Shown here: positions 23,483 to 36,700 of the stretch, one piece after another
Layout of the letters: each line of letters begins with the position of its first letter
Position numbering within the stretch: the first letter of the stretch is position 1
Assembly: GCA_039545335.1 (NCBI GenBank)
Contig: BCIN01000001.1
Location: 1,224,604 to 1,288,603 of the forward strand
Source of the DNA: Kondoa subrosea
Lineage: Eukaryota
Length of the DNA: 64,000 nt
Direction of reading: 5' to 3'
Notes under the pieces: model-generated
Seen by the model: the letters and a program-made list of their open reading frames with translations, nothing else
Database searches by the model: none
Told to the model about the DNA's origin: nothing
Translations under genes and position numbers: made by a program

Positions 23483-26400
23483 ATGCCTGATACCAGTCCT
23501 GAGGGGCAGAACGATACCGGCCCATACAGGGACTCGATGGAATATTCCCATGCAGAATTGGCTGCAGAAAACGAAGATTACTTTCCAGGTGAAGATACAA
23601 CCAATCTTCCACCTTCCCTGGTTGCAAGCGAGGGAAGCGATGAATCTGAGCCCGAGTTGACTATCTATGATGATCCTCAAGGATCCATGTTCAGCGGCGA
23701 GATTGGTGCTTCTATGCCGACTTCAGTGTCAAACTATGCGCATAGGAACAGGTCTACAAAAGAATTGACAAGACTGTCTGGTGAATATGATGCTGCAACT
23801 AGAAGTAGAAGGAGATCAAGTGCAGGTGATCGCAAAAGTATCAGCTCAAAGAAATCTCGTCGACCTAAAATCAAGCGGGGTACTTCCGCTCTGTCAAATC
23901 CTGTGGAATCAGAATCCGAAGATGAGGAAGTCGCTTCTCGGAAAGCCAGAGTCTTTTCTGGCATATCTTCAATGCTTCGCTCTTCGTCATACAAAGGCAA
24001 ACAAAAGCAGGAAGAGGACGAAACCTCTTTGGCACCTTCCAGACGATCATCTATGCACTCTGTCAGATCTTCAGCTGCCAAACTTCGTGGTCGAAGTCAA
24101 TCAGTCGTTTCAATGGCTACTTCCAACCATTCTGGTTCCGGTTCAGAAGACGACGAAGATGATGCTTATGGACCTTACGGATCTTCTGTATCCACTTCTT
24201 CTACAATGACGACCGATTCTCAAGCTTCTTCGAGCGATGAAAGACGGAGACCATCTATTCCTGGCGGTCTCTTCATCACTCATGGCTTTGTTGGAGGGGG
24301 AGATGCATTCTTTGGTGATCATAGAGTCGATATCGAGTCGCCTACGCAGTCAGAAATAGACGAAGGACGTCTCACAGGTGAAGATGGGAAAGTTTTCGAT
24401 TCGCTGGGTGGATCAGTCACTGGTGAAAGACAGCCTATATATATCCCAGATGAAGATCTGCAGCTTGTCTTTGTTGGGTGGGGAGAAAAGACTTGGAAAA
24501 CTGTTGCTTGGTATTTGGGTTGTTTGTTCACCGTCGGGATACTGCCTCTGCTCGGTCGTTGGTTTCCAGATCTGTGGTTGAGAGGTAAAGGGAAGGTCAG
24601 AGAATTCAGCAGAGCAAGTTCTGTGGTGGCACATGTGCGTTAGAAGGTTTTTTCCTATTCATCTATGCCTGATGTTTACCGGTGCCAGACACAACATGGT
24701 GATAAACACGTTTTACGGATATCTACACTGAAATTTGATCAACCAGTCAGTTCAACCACTGTCTTCCCAGCTACATCTCGGCGACCGCCCAGAAACCGTG
24801 AAGATCCTGTTCCAACACCAATGCCTACTGTCCCTTCTACTCGTAATCAATCGGCTGCTTCTTCTCTGCGAAATTCACCTCGTTCAACTATGCTCACTGA
24901 AGTTAGAATGCTTGATTATCGTTACTATCGCTTGCTTTTACACCCTGAGTCTGGCCTGTGGAGAATGGCAAGAGATTGGGCAGACGTGTCTTGGATTTCA
25001 ATAGCTAACTTGAGAAGAGGGATTACTTCAGCGGAACATGGCGAGCGTTTGCATTTGTTTGGCAAAAACGCTATTCAGATTCAAGCCAAAACTATCTGGG
25101 AACTACTGGTCGACGAGGTAAGTAGATCTTAGCAGCTACAGTATGGTAAAGGTCATGCCGCTCTATAGTGCTTGCATCCCTTTTGTTGGTTGGCGTCTCT
25201 TCTGAGGTGTACACTGACCAATTGATGTTGTAGATTGCTTCCAAATCGCTTCGATCGTACTATGGACACTAGATGACTATCAGCTATATGCTGGTACTAT
25301 TGCTATTATCAGTATAATTAGTATAGTCACCACTCTGGTCGAAACAAGAGCAGTAAGTGCAATTTGAGCTCTTCCTGGACGACGTTTCTGATTTATGACA
25401 GAATACCAAACGAATGATAGAAATGTCGAAATTCGTGTGTGAGGTCAGCGTGCAGCGAGACGGTGTTTGTAAGGGCTTCGGTTCTCGTTAGCATGTTGAC
25501 ATATGCTGAAACGATCTATTACAGGGAGCCTCAGACCAAGCGAAGATCTCGTTCCAGGCGATGTGATTGATCTAGCTCATCAAGATCTCACTACCTTTCC
25601 CGCTGATGTTGTTCTTTTGTCTGGTGATGCGATCGTGAACGAATCGATGCTCACCGGAGAATCTGTACCTGTCAGCAAAGCGCCAATTGAACCCGAAGCT
25701 ATTCCATCCCTGCTGAATGCTGGAGGCGAAATCACACCTGTTCTGTCCAAACATGTTCTGTTCAATGGCACGAAGATCGTTCGGATCAGACAGACATCTG
25801 GTCTCGGTGGAGCTCAAGAAGCTGTGGGAATGGTTCTTCGAACTGGATTCAACACCACGAAAGGGTTAGCATGCATATGAAAAGTTTTTGCTTGTCACTG
25901 ACTGCTTCTTTTAGTGCTTTGGTCCGAAGTATGCTGTTTCCAAGACCATTAGGGTGAGCATCCATACTTGTTGATCTATTTCACACCTAATCTTGTGATT
26001 TGCCAGCTTCAAATTCGTCAGTCTTAGCTCCAGATAATCGCAGCTTTAGCTAAAATAAGTGGTAATTCAGTATCGCGATTCGTGAGTCTTCCAAGCCTGC
26101 TCAGAAGCCAGATCTCAAGGGTTCTGGCAGTTTCCGCTTCATTGGCGTCTTAGCTGGTATCGCTGGTGTCGGATTTTTGGGCAGCGTTTACAACTTCATT
26201 CAGATAGGGGTGAGCCAGACTAGCTTTGTTGCTGTCCTGATCTGAACTGCCGTTGCAAGATAAGTGCAGGTACAATTATAAAGGTCAGCAGTCTCGCCAA
26301 TGCTTCATATAATAGCCTCATCTCTACATACAGCGCGCTCTCGATCTCATCACAATCACATGTCCACCTGCTCTTCCTGCAACAATGAGTATCGGAACCT

Positions 26401-29092
26401 CCTTCGCTATTTCTAGACTTCGCAAGGCATCTATTTTTTGTATATCGCCTAATCGAGTCAACGTTGGCGGTAAACTAAATATATGGGTGTTTGACAAGAC
26501 GGGAACACTGACTGAAGAAGGTCTTGATGTTTTGGGCATCAGAAGTGTGGATCGAATCAATAAGGAGTTCTCTGATTTATATACCGATGTGGAAGATGTG
26601 CCGATCATTGGTGCTGCTGATGCGAAAACACCTTTACTGCATGCTCTGGCCACCTGTCATGCATTGAAGCTGGTTGATGGCGAACTCATTGGTGATCCGC
26701 TCGATCTGAAGATGTTCGAATTCACAAAATGGAATCTAGAAGAGGGTAAGGAAGGTACAAGTCGACCCAGTGGCGAGGCCAGAAGATCGACTGATCAACC
26801 TCCACGAAAGTCGACTGACGAACGAATACCCGATCGACCTGCAACGCTGGTTCAGACCGTTGTCAGACCGCCCGATGGCCAGAGTTTCAAGGTCGAAGAT
26901 GCGCTCAAGACTGGTGGAAAGGTGGTCAACATGACGAAGCAGTCAGAATCGTGCTGAAATCTTCTTACAGCATGCACATTTCCTTGAACTGGGCGTCATC
27001 CGTACTTTTGACTTCGTATCATCACTTAGACGCATGTCGGTGATGGTCAAGAAACTCAAATCCAAGAGTGTTGAGGTCTACGTTAAGGGCGCACCAGAAG
27101 TCATGACTGATATTTGCGACAAAGGAACATGTGGGTCTCCTGCAAAGTCCAGGTTTTTCCACTTACTGAGATAGACTCATAGTACCGAGCGACTATGAAG
27201 AACTTTTAGCATCGTACACAAGGCACGGCTTCCGTGTAATAGCTGTTGCAGCCAAAAGTGTACCTGGTTTGAGCTGGATCAAGGCTCAACGCATGAAGAG
27301 GTCGGTTCCATGTGACTTCCTCAGCGAGTGTACTGACGTCTTCTATAGAGAGGAAGCTGAATCAAATCTTCGCTTTCTTGGTCTCATTGTATTCGAAAAC
27401 AAATTGAAGCCAGGAACTGCGTCTGTCATTCACACTCTCAAGCATGCCAGAATTGGCACACGGATGTGTACCGGTGATAATATTCGGACTGCTGTCTCTG
27501 TTGCACGAGAATGCGGCATGGTACCAGAAAGCTCAAGAGTCTATATTCCTTCTTTCATTGTTGGCGATCAAATGACAGCCAAATCGCAACTTGAATGGAC
27601 AGATGTCGAGGATGATAGCTATAAGCTGGATTCATATGGTCTAATGGTTCGTGTTCCTCTATGCCAAGCTCAGTTGTCTAATATGCATCGCAGCCTGTTT
27701 TGCCAGACGCGGATGATAGCGATGACGAGAGTGTCTTCAGCTCTGACGAGCCCGAATGGTCACTGGCTGTTAGCGGCGACGCTTTCAGATGGATTATCGA
27801 TTACGCTCCTTTAGAAACTCTTCAACGCGTTCGTACTTTCGCTTGTCGGCTTACCTCTGTTGTTGAACGGCCACAATAGATGCTTGTCAAGGGCTCCATC
27901 TTCGCTCGAATGTCACCTGATGAAAAGCACGAACTTGTCGATCGATTACAATCTTTAGGCTACACTGTCGGCTTCTGTGGCGACGGAGCTAATGATTGTG
28001 GTGCACTGAAAGCCGCCGATGTTGGCCTCTCACTGTCTGAAGCTGAAGCATCTGTCGCTGCACCTTTCACAAGTCGTTCACCTGATATCTCTTGCACCCT
28101 CGATGTGGTCCGAGAAGGTCGTGCTGCGCTCGTCACCAGTTTCAGTTGTTTCAAATATATGTAGGTGCTGATTGGTGGCTTGTGACAAGGGCTCAATGTT
28201 TTTTCAGGGCTCTTTATTCCCTCATACAATTCACTACTGTTACCCTTTTGTATTCCATTGCATCATCTCTCGGTGATTTCCAGGTGAGATTTACTTAATC
28301 TTATCAAGAGTTATGCCTTACACTATCTTATAGTTTTTGTACATTGATTTGTTCATCATATTACCCATCGCGGTGACCAGTACGTGCCTGTCTAATTCAA
28401 GAAGGATAGTGAATCTCACAGCTCCATGTAGTGGGTCGTACCGCTCCGTTCCCGAAGATCAATCCCAAGCGACCGACAGCCAACCTGGTATCGAAGCAAG
28501 TCCTTTGTTCGCTCGGAGGTCAAGTCATTATTACTTCTGGTCTGCAACTTCTCGTCTACTTCTACGTTCGGTCACAAGATTGGTATAGACCACCTCATAT
28601 CGATCCACTCAAGCTACGAATCAAGAATGACGAGAACTCTGCCCTATTCTTAATCTCCTCCTTTCAATATATCTTGGTCGCAGCTGTTTTCTGTGTTGGT
28701 CCGCCCTACAGAAAACCTCTCTATACCAATTCGCTTCTACTCCTGACTCTTTCAGCACTTGGGCTGTTTTCGTTCTACACTCTCTTTGTCACCTCCGGAC
28801 CGATTTACAAACTTCTTCAATTAGTCAAGCTTCCAAGAGAATTCCATCTTGAATTGACGCTGTTAGTGATATTGAACTGTGTAATGAGTTGGGCATGGGA
28901 GAAACACGGCGCAGCTCCTTGGTAAGTTTGCTTACTCAATCTCCGCCGAACGCGAAAAGCTAATTTGTTTATGACAGCGCGAAATGGTTCGGTAGGCAGA
29001 TACGGCGCTACAGGCGATGGAAAGGAAGCAGGCCGTCTAGCAGAGCGCACGAGGGCAAAAAGTACAAGACGATTAGCGAAGCAATGGAATAA
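23483..29092 (+). CDS. YPK9: P5B-type cation/polyamine-transporting ATPase (Ypk9/ATP13A2)
   Basis: [25 protein letters not shown]5B-type [38 protein letters not shown] and [13 protein letters not shown]. About 18 introns. Confidence 0.95.
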
Positions 29093-29249
29093 GCTTTGTG
29101 TTTGCTCTCGACCAATATCAACGAATACCATTTGAACACAATCTCCATTGCACGTGTATACCTCAATTCAAGACTACTACCTGTATACCCTGTGACTGCC
29201 TGGATTCTGCTTCTGCTCGAAAACGCGCTGAAGCCCCCGCCTTGATTAC

Positions 29250-32200
29250 ATGCCTACGCATAGCAGAGCTGTTTCTATTGATGACACTGAATATACCTCA
29301 TTGCTACGAAGTACTTCGAGACCTCCAAAGCTTCGTGATACTCTGAGAAGGACAAGCCGAAGCTTCGCCAACCTCCTGTCGGCGGCTTCAGATGCTGGAT
29401 TCGACACAGACACTCGCGGATACGATGAAGAGCTCAAGGAGGAGCTTACAGCTGAAGGATCTGGATCACGTACCTGGGCACGGTGAGTCAACGCTTTCAC
29501 TTGGCATGCAGAGATCTCACCTCGAGTTTATAGCAACTTCGAGAGTATCGATTGGTTGAATGATCAAGTCAGAGAAGACATTCGCAAACGGAAGCTACGA
29601 GCGCTCGTTGGTCTCCGTGGACGATTTACCAACACTGTCGATCGACTCAAAGGTTGGCTTGTGGTCTCTATCGTTGGCTTCTTAACCGCTTGTATCGCTT
29701 ACTGCATCATCACAAGTGAGCGATGGCTTTTCGATATCAAGGAAGGTACGTAAAGCCTCGCTTCGCTGATTTATATGGTATTGATGTCTAGCTGTCAGGG
29801 TACTGCTCGACTAATTGGCGAAAATCAAAAGGCAATTGCTGTCCTGGAGCTACAAAGGTCAAGTCATCACTCTTCGCCAGCACTTATCATCTTCATGGTT
29901 GGTCTAAAGAAGTGGAAGCGTGCTCAAATTGGAGAACCTGGTCTGAAGCCCTCAGTGGGAACAAAGCTGGTGTCGATGACGATTATTGGATCGACTATGC
30001 GGCTCTCGTGGTTCTAGCTGTGAGCGTTCACCAATTCATATAACAGCAAAGCTGATGATCTATGCTTCAGCTTATTTTCGCTACAATTAGTTCGCTTTTG
30101 ACTGTTTATCTGACAAGCTCGGAATCTGTACATTCAGCAAAAGATAGTGTTGATGCTTCTAATTCCAAGAAGGAAGAGAAGGCAATGCCCCCGCCGAGAA
30201 AAGTCATGTTCCAGGCTGCTGGATCTGGTATTCCCGAAGTCAAATCGATCCTCGGCGGCTTTGTCATCCGCGGTTACCTCGGAGCATGGACTCTGGGCGT
30301 CAAAGCTGTTGGTCTTACGCTGAGTGTAGCGTCTGGCTTGAGTTTGGGTAAAGAAGGACCGTAAGTCTCCATGAATTGTCAATATGTCTCCGCTAAAAGT
30401 GTGGATACAGCTTTGTTCATATCGCCTGCTGCGTTGGCAATTTGGTCACAAGATTCGTGCCCAAATACGATCACAATGAAGCCAAACGACGCGAAATTTT
30501 ATCAGCCGCTTGCGCTGCTGGTGTCGCTGTATCTTTTGGTGCACCTGTGGGAGGCGAGGAATAAACTCCTGTGCGATGTTTAAGCTGACCAACTGCTCTT
30601 GTAGGCGTCCTATTCAGCTTGGAAGAAACCAGTTATTACTTTCCACCAAAGACTATCATCAGATCTTTCCTCTGCGCCATCATCGCTGCACTTACATTGA
30701 AAGCACTCAATCCTTTCGGTAATGGGCAGATAGTCCTCTTCTCAGTCACCTATGACAGAGATACAGCCTTTATCGAGCTATTAGGTTTCATTTTCCTGGG
30801 TGCATTGGGAGGAGTATATGGCGCTTTGTTCTGTAAAGCCAATCTGGCTTGGGCGTCTCAAGTACGCGCAAAGACTTGGATGAAGAAGCACCCTGTTTTG
30901 GAAGTTTTCCTCATCACTTTGGTCACGGTCATGCTTTCCTTCTTCAATCCTTTCACCAGCATGGGAGGAACAGAACTTGTTGCTAGTGTATGTCAGGAGT
31001 CCTCTCTATGATCAATGGTCTTGTTTGCTCAGACCTACGGTACTTGACTGCTACAGATGTTTGAAGAGTGTCATCGGGAAAGTACAAGTCATCTTTGCAT
31101 CAAGTCATCAGCCTTGCTCTGGCCTTTGATCAGAAGTTTATCGTTGGCAATGGTTCTCAAGGCTGCTCTCACAGTAGTGACTTTCGGTATCAAGCTTGTA
31201 GGCGCTTTCCCTCTATTCTATTGTGCTAGTGCTGAATTGTGTATAGCCTGCCGGGTCAGCCTTTCGTCTTGTATAGCTAGTTCGCGCTGATCGCAATATC
31301 CAGTATCTTCATTCCCACTTTGGCAGTCGGCGCTCTGTTTGGAAGAATCGTTGGTTTATTAGTTGAATTTACCTATGAACGACATACGGACTGGAGAATC
31401 TTCGCGCAATGTGCAGCTCACACTGATCCGGATCTCATATTTGGCCAGCGTTGCATCATCCCGGGCCTCTATGCCATGGTTGGTGCTGTCTCTGCCTTAG
31501 CCGGTGTGACGTGAGTCTGATTTCTATCAGCAATTCTTGCTATCACTGAGTCTTCTCCTTCGCAGGCGGACTACAGTCTCGCTGGCAGTTATTGTATGGA
31601 AGAGCGTTGTTGTGCACATTACTGGCTGATATTATGCCTTCGCTACAGATGTTTGAGCTGACTGGATCCTTGAAGTGAGTGGTCTTGCTCAAATACAGGA
31701 CGCTGATTGACAGGCTCTTCGCGCAGCTATGTGGTAGTGAGTACTTACGGTATGCGACACGAGTAAAGCTGATCAATTGGGGCAGCCGGTAATGCTTTCT
31801 GTCTTGGTAGCCAAGACTGTTGCGGATGCCATCGAAGCTAGCTCTATATATGATCTGGTCCTGAAGTGAGTGCTTGCGCACCATAGCTCAGACTGGCTGA
31901 TTTCTACGCAGCTTCTCGCAACTGCCTTACCTCGATTCGAAGACTGAAGTTGTTCATTGCGCTCGTCCTTCCGATCTCATGGACCCTGGTGCGCCAGCTA
32001 TCTACATAGATGAAGACAACAATCTATCTTCGTTACAAGAGAAGCTTGACGAGACAGAGCGTTCAGCTCGCGCTCATGGCTTCCCTATACTCAAACCTGG
32101 ATCCGAACCGGATTCGCATTATTTAGTTGGCTATCTAGGCTTGAAAGAGCTAGCAGTCGCTCTACAAGAGAAGTCAAATCGAGGACCATACACTCTATGC

Positions 32201-32570
32201 ACTTTTGATCAAGGGCATCCCTCGAATTGTGATTTTGGGCATTTGGTCAACATGAGTCCTGTTGTGGTTACTGTCAAATCTCCAATGGAAGTGTTGCAAG
32301 AAATTTTCGTCAAGGTGGGTTCCGCATTAGTTCAGAGCATAAGTTGTTGACGGCAAGTCAAGCTCGGTGTCAGGCACGTCATTGTTCTAGACGAAAACTG
32401 GGCATATGCTGGTGTTATTAGCAAGGAAGCTTGGATGGGGTATCTGCAATGTGCGTGCTTTTCCAATGCAAATGATTTTGGACTAATATTGCTGTGCAGA
32501 TGCCGAGAAGAATCATCTCAAACATGGTCATTCTACGACTTATCAATCTAGCAACAATTGTTATGCATAA
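29250..32570 (+). CDS. GEF1: CLC chloride channel / Cl-:H+ antiporter with C-terminal CBS region
   Basis: CLC signatures GSGIPE, GKEGP (gating Glu), [23 protein letters not shown] and MFELTG. Which GEF1 paralog this is has not been determined. Confidence 0.92.
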
Positions 32571-32697
32571 ACACCCTCTACTGGTATACCATATCTCTAC
32601 AGATCTCCACTCATCATTCTCGGGACCACTTATCTGCATGTATATGTCATCTTTATAACGCCTTTTACCACAGAATTCATTTTTGATGTGCCCTGTT

Positions 32698-33566
32698 TCA
32701 GAAGAATTTGACTCCGTCCCCATCATCTTCTGTGCCTTTGAACACCTGAGCTCGACCACCAGTTTTGTTGAGATATGTCAAGGCTTGTCTCAATATCGGG
32801 TAAGGTAGATCACGGAACTCTGCGGAGGAAATTGATTTCATTTCTTGAAGGAGGAAGAAAGCGACGGACCCGTTGTATGAGCCAGATCACCACCGGTAGT
32901 CAATTCGTAGAAAGTGAGTATTGAGTTTAACATCCCTTGGTCCGAAATCTGTCAATTAAGCAGAGATTGTGAGTTCGGTCGATCATCGCAGAGCAGACCA
33001 GCGGACCCATGAATATATCACTTCTGCCCATTCTTCTGGTTTGCGGAAATAGACGAAACAACCTGCTGGTAGAGGTGCTTTACTCGATAGAGGTGGGTCA
33101 TACACTGCTGAACCTGTCGGTTCCAAAGACTATCTTCAGCAGGGTAACCTGCACAAGAGGTCTCGGACTGACCGGCTTGTACTAGACTGGATATGATCTC
33201 GCTCTGAAAAGCTACATCTATCCCTCCTAGTTCAATTATCAGCACAGCCCAGCTTAAGGGAAAGAAGCATACGATTGATGGGCTTGTTACTCCAGAGCTC
33301 ATGCGCCAGACTACCTTGACCTAGATCTAAGCGGAAGACTCGATGATAGCGACAATAGGACAAGACGAGTTGAGTCCATTGAGTCAGTTGAGCAGCGAAT
33401 GTAGTAGCTTTTGGCTGTCGACTGGCTCAATCGCAGAGTAAGACAGGCTCCAGCAAGAAGAGACATCAGAGGCATACGTGAAGAAGGGAGGGAACGAGTA
33501 AATAGCAGGATAGCTGAAACCAGATGGTAGGGTGACCACTGGCAAAGCTTTCAATGCTTCGACCAT
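32698..33566 (-). CDS. VPS25: ESCRT-II subunit Vps25
   Basis: YPAIYSFPPFFTRQP, QWTQLVLSYCRYH, YFRKPEEWAEVIYSWI, LNSILTFYEL and terminal GVKFF*. Confidence 0.92.
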
Positions 33567-33720
33567 ATCATCCTTCTACTCAAAATAGAGCGATTCAGAA
33601 GACAACACTGTGGATGAGGGGGAGGCCGTTCGTGTGCAAGCGAGAAATATAATAATGACAATAATTATGCATCTCAACCTGGATCAAGCGTGTCAGGCTG
33701 AGCCAGAGTGACTGCAAAAG

Positions 33721-36700
33721 ATGGCAGCAGTGACTGAGATTGAGGCCGACGTCAGCGAAACGCCTAATCTCACGCTCCGCCAACCTCAGCAAGGTGTCAA
33801 ACTGCGTCTGTCGAGCTCACAGCTGTCCCCGGATGCTCTGCCTGCTAGTGCCAATCTGTTGAGCATCTCAAACACCTTTGGTTGGCTGGCAGCTGCAGTC
33901 ATTCAAGCAGATGGTTCCCATGCTTTTGTGCTGTCTTCTCTGGAAGCTGTTCGCTCGACATTCGCAAACGCTGAACGAAATTCGGATGTCACTTTACAAC
34001 CTACTCGCACAATCTCTACTGCTGCTAAGATTCTCTTCTTGCAATTCGCTTTCGCGGACAAAGTTATTCTGGCATTGTTGGAGAATAATCAACTGGCAGT
34101 GTATAGGCTAAAGGCGCTGGTAGATGGATCTTCAGTCCGTATCTCTGCCGTATCACCTTTTTGTTGTCTGATTCGTGCGAGAAGCTATCGCCAATTCATG
34201 TCTTCCCTCTCAATGCATCGACTGTAGATCTACTTCCAAATCCAGCTGACCGACCTGAATTAGTCGCGCTTTTGACAAGCAATGGTCAGATTACTCTTCT
34301 CAATCTGGATACCAAGTCGGAAACAGGCACTTTTGGTCAATCACTTACTTCAGGTGAGCCAGATCTATCTTTCTGCTAGGGCCAGATCTGATAGAGCAAA
34401 TAGCATGCTGGTCGGTGAAAGGAAAACAAATCGTCTGTGGTACTTCAGCAGGTCAACTTCTTCAGATTTCCCCCGAAGGTCAAGAGAAAGCTTCAATTCC
34501 TATACCTCCAGCCTTGGCTTCCGAAGCGCATTCAGTCATTGATATACGCTGGCTCGAAAACGACGTCTTTCTGGCTACTTACTCTCCAACGACTCCGACT
34601 GGCATTCCAGATACTCCAATCTACACCATTACCCGCACCAAGACTTCGCTTGAATATGCTCGTTTCGTTGATGATCCTGCTGCTGCTATGGGCTCATTAG
34701 AAGAGCGACCACCAAGACGATTCACAGCGGCAGTAAAGAATTGGCAACCTTTCAAGCATCTAGTCTTTTCTGCCAATAGTGCATGTTCGCAAATAGCAGT
34801 TCTAGGAGCTCAAGCTTCCTCTTCTTGGGCTACATTGGATCTAGATGATGCTTCAAGACCTTCACTTCCTTTCTCCAGCGATGATAGCGACACATGTCCC
34901 TTTGGTCTTGCACTGGATTTTACGGCCTCGGCTGGAATTCAAGTCTCTGCTGATCCTGATTCTCCTTTACCTCCTGCTCCGTTACTGTACGCGTATAATA
35001 GCGATGGTATTCTGCTTACGTGGATGGTGCAAAATTCAACAGAAGGTTTTCCAGCTTACCGAACACCTCGTAATGTTTTGACGCAAGAAGAAGCTTCAGC
35101 TGAATCACAAGCTGCTCCGATCCAATCTCAAGCTGCTACTGCTTCTTCTCCTGCAGCGAAACCTTCCCCTTTTGGTGCTACCTCAATTCCAGCTTTTGGC
35201 GCGTCTACCTTTGGTTCCTCTACTTTTGGCTCTTCCAGCACGGCATCAGCCTTCGGCGCTCCTGCTTTCGGATCTAAAGCCGTTCCTGCTTTCGGCACTT
35301 CGACAGCAAGCGCAACCCCAAGCGCTTTCGGTGGATTTGCAACAAACAATACAACGACTGCTTTTGGTTCCAAACCTGCTTTCGGCTCCTCCGCTTTCGG
35401 TTCATCTTCTTTTGGTTCCAAACCAGCTTCTACAACGCAACCTATAGCGGCAAGTGGAAGTGCATTTGGTTCGTTTGCAAGTAAATCAACTGGATTTGGA
35501 TCTTCTGCTTCTGGTTCTTCTTCACCTTTCGGAGCAGCAGCAACCAATAATTCTAAGTCAAGCGGGTTTGGTGCTTTTGGTGCTTCAACTACACCGAATA
35601 CTTCTTTCTCAAGCAACGCGTTTAAAAGTACTGCTGGTCGAGGAGAAAGTGGGTTAGATGAAGATGAGGATGAAAAGAAACCTGCTCGATCTGCACCTGG
35701 ACTGGATGATGCTGATATTGATGAATTGGAACCGGAATCTAAAGGAGATGGATCAGCGAGTTTGGGTTTTACTGGATTTGGGTTAGGCAGTTCAACAACA
35801 CCAACTTCAACTCCTTCGAAACCTCCTACTTCAACTTTTGGAGCTCCTTCCGTTGGGTTTGGCGCATTTGCTAAGCCTGCAAATACTCCTTCCATGGGTT
35901 TTGGATTTGGTTCATCGGCTGCGCCCCAATCAACTAATTCAGCCGCTGTTTCTGCCTTTGGTCAGAAACCGGCTTCAACTGGATCCGCTTTTGGTAGTGC
36001 TACACCCACGTCTTTCGGCAGTACCCAATCTAAAACAGCATCACCCTTTTCTTTCAAACCTCAAGAACCTGCTTCGTCTGTGGACAGTAAAGCAAAGAAT
36101 CCAGAGGTAGTCAGTACACCACTAAGCTTCTCTTTCTCTCAATCTGCAGCAGCTCCTTCAGCATTCTCCTTTACTAAACCTGCAACAAGTTCTACATCTG
36201 CTACGAGTTCTACACCTGCTCCTTCTGCTTTTTCCTTTGCAAAGCCTCAAGACTCTACAACACCTGCTGAAACGTCTTCGGCTAAATCTGTCGAAAAGCC
36301 AGCAGATCCCTCGTCGACTGTACCTGCTGCTTTCTCTTTCGCCAAACCAGCGGAAAGATCGGCTAGCGGAAGTACAGTACCCTCCGCTTTCTCTTTCGCA
36401 AAGCCTGGTAATGCATCCACTACATCATCAGCTTTCTCTTTCGGCAAACCAACAGAAACTCCTAAAGCTCAAACCGCCGACCAACCGTCTGCCTCTTCTG
36501 CATTTTCCTTCACAAAACCTGCAGCAGCTACTTCTACATTCTCTTTTGCTGCTAAACCTGCTGAGACTATCAAATCCGCTCCGCTCGTTGCAGATTCAGA
36601 AGAGAAGAAATCCACTATTCCAGATGCTTCTTTACCTTCTACTTCGAGCTCGCCTTTTGCTGGCTTCGGATCAAAGATGAACTTTGGTGCAGTAGGCGAT

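Noticed and set aside
35128..35895. 255-aa antisense ORF, and similar shadows at 13501-14088, 48686-49018 and 54502-54954
   Set aside because: They lie opposite well-supported genes and are explained by low-complexity or biased codon use; none has recognisable motifs.
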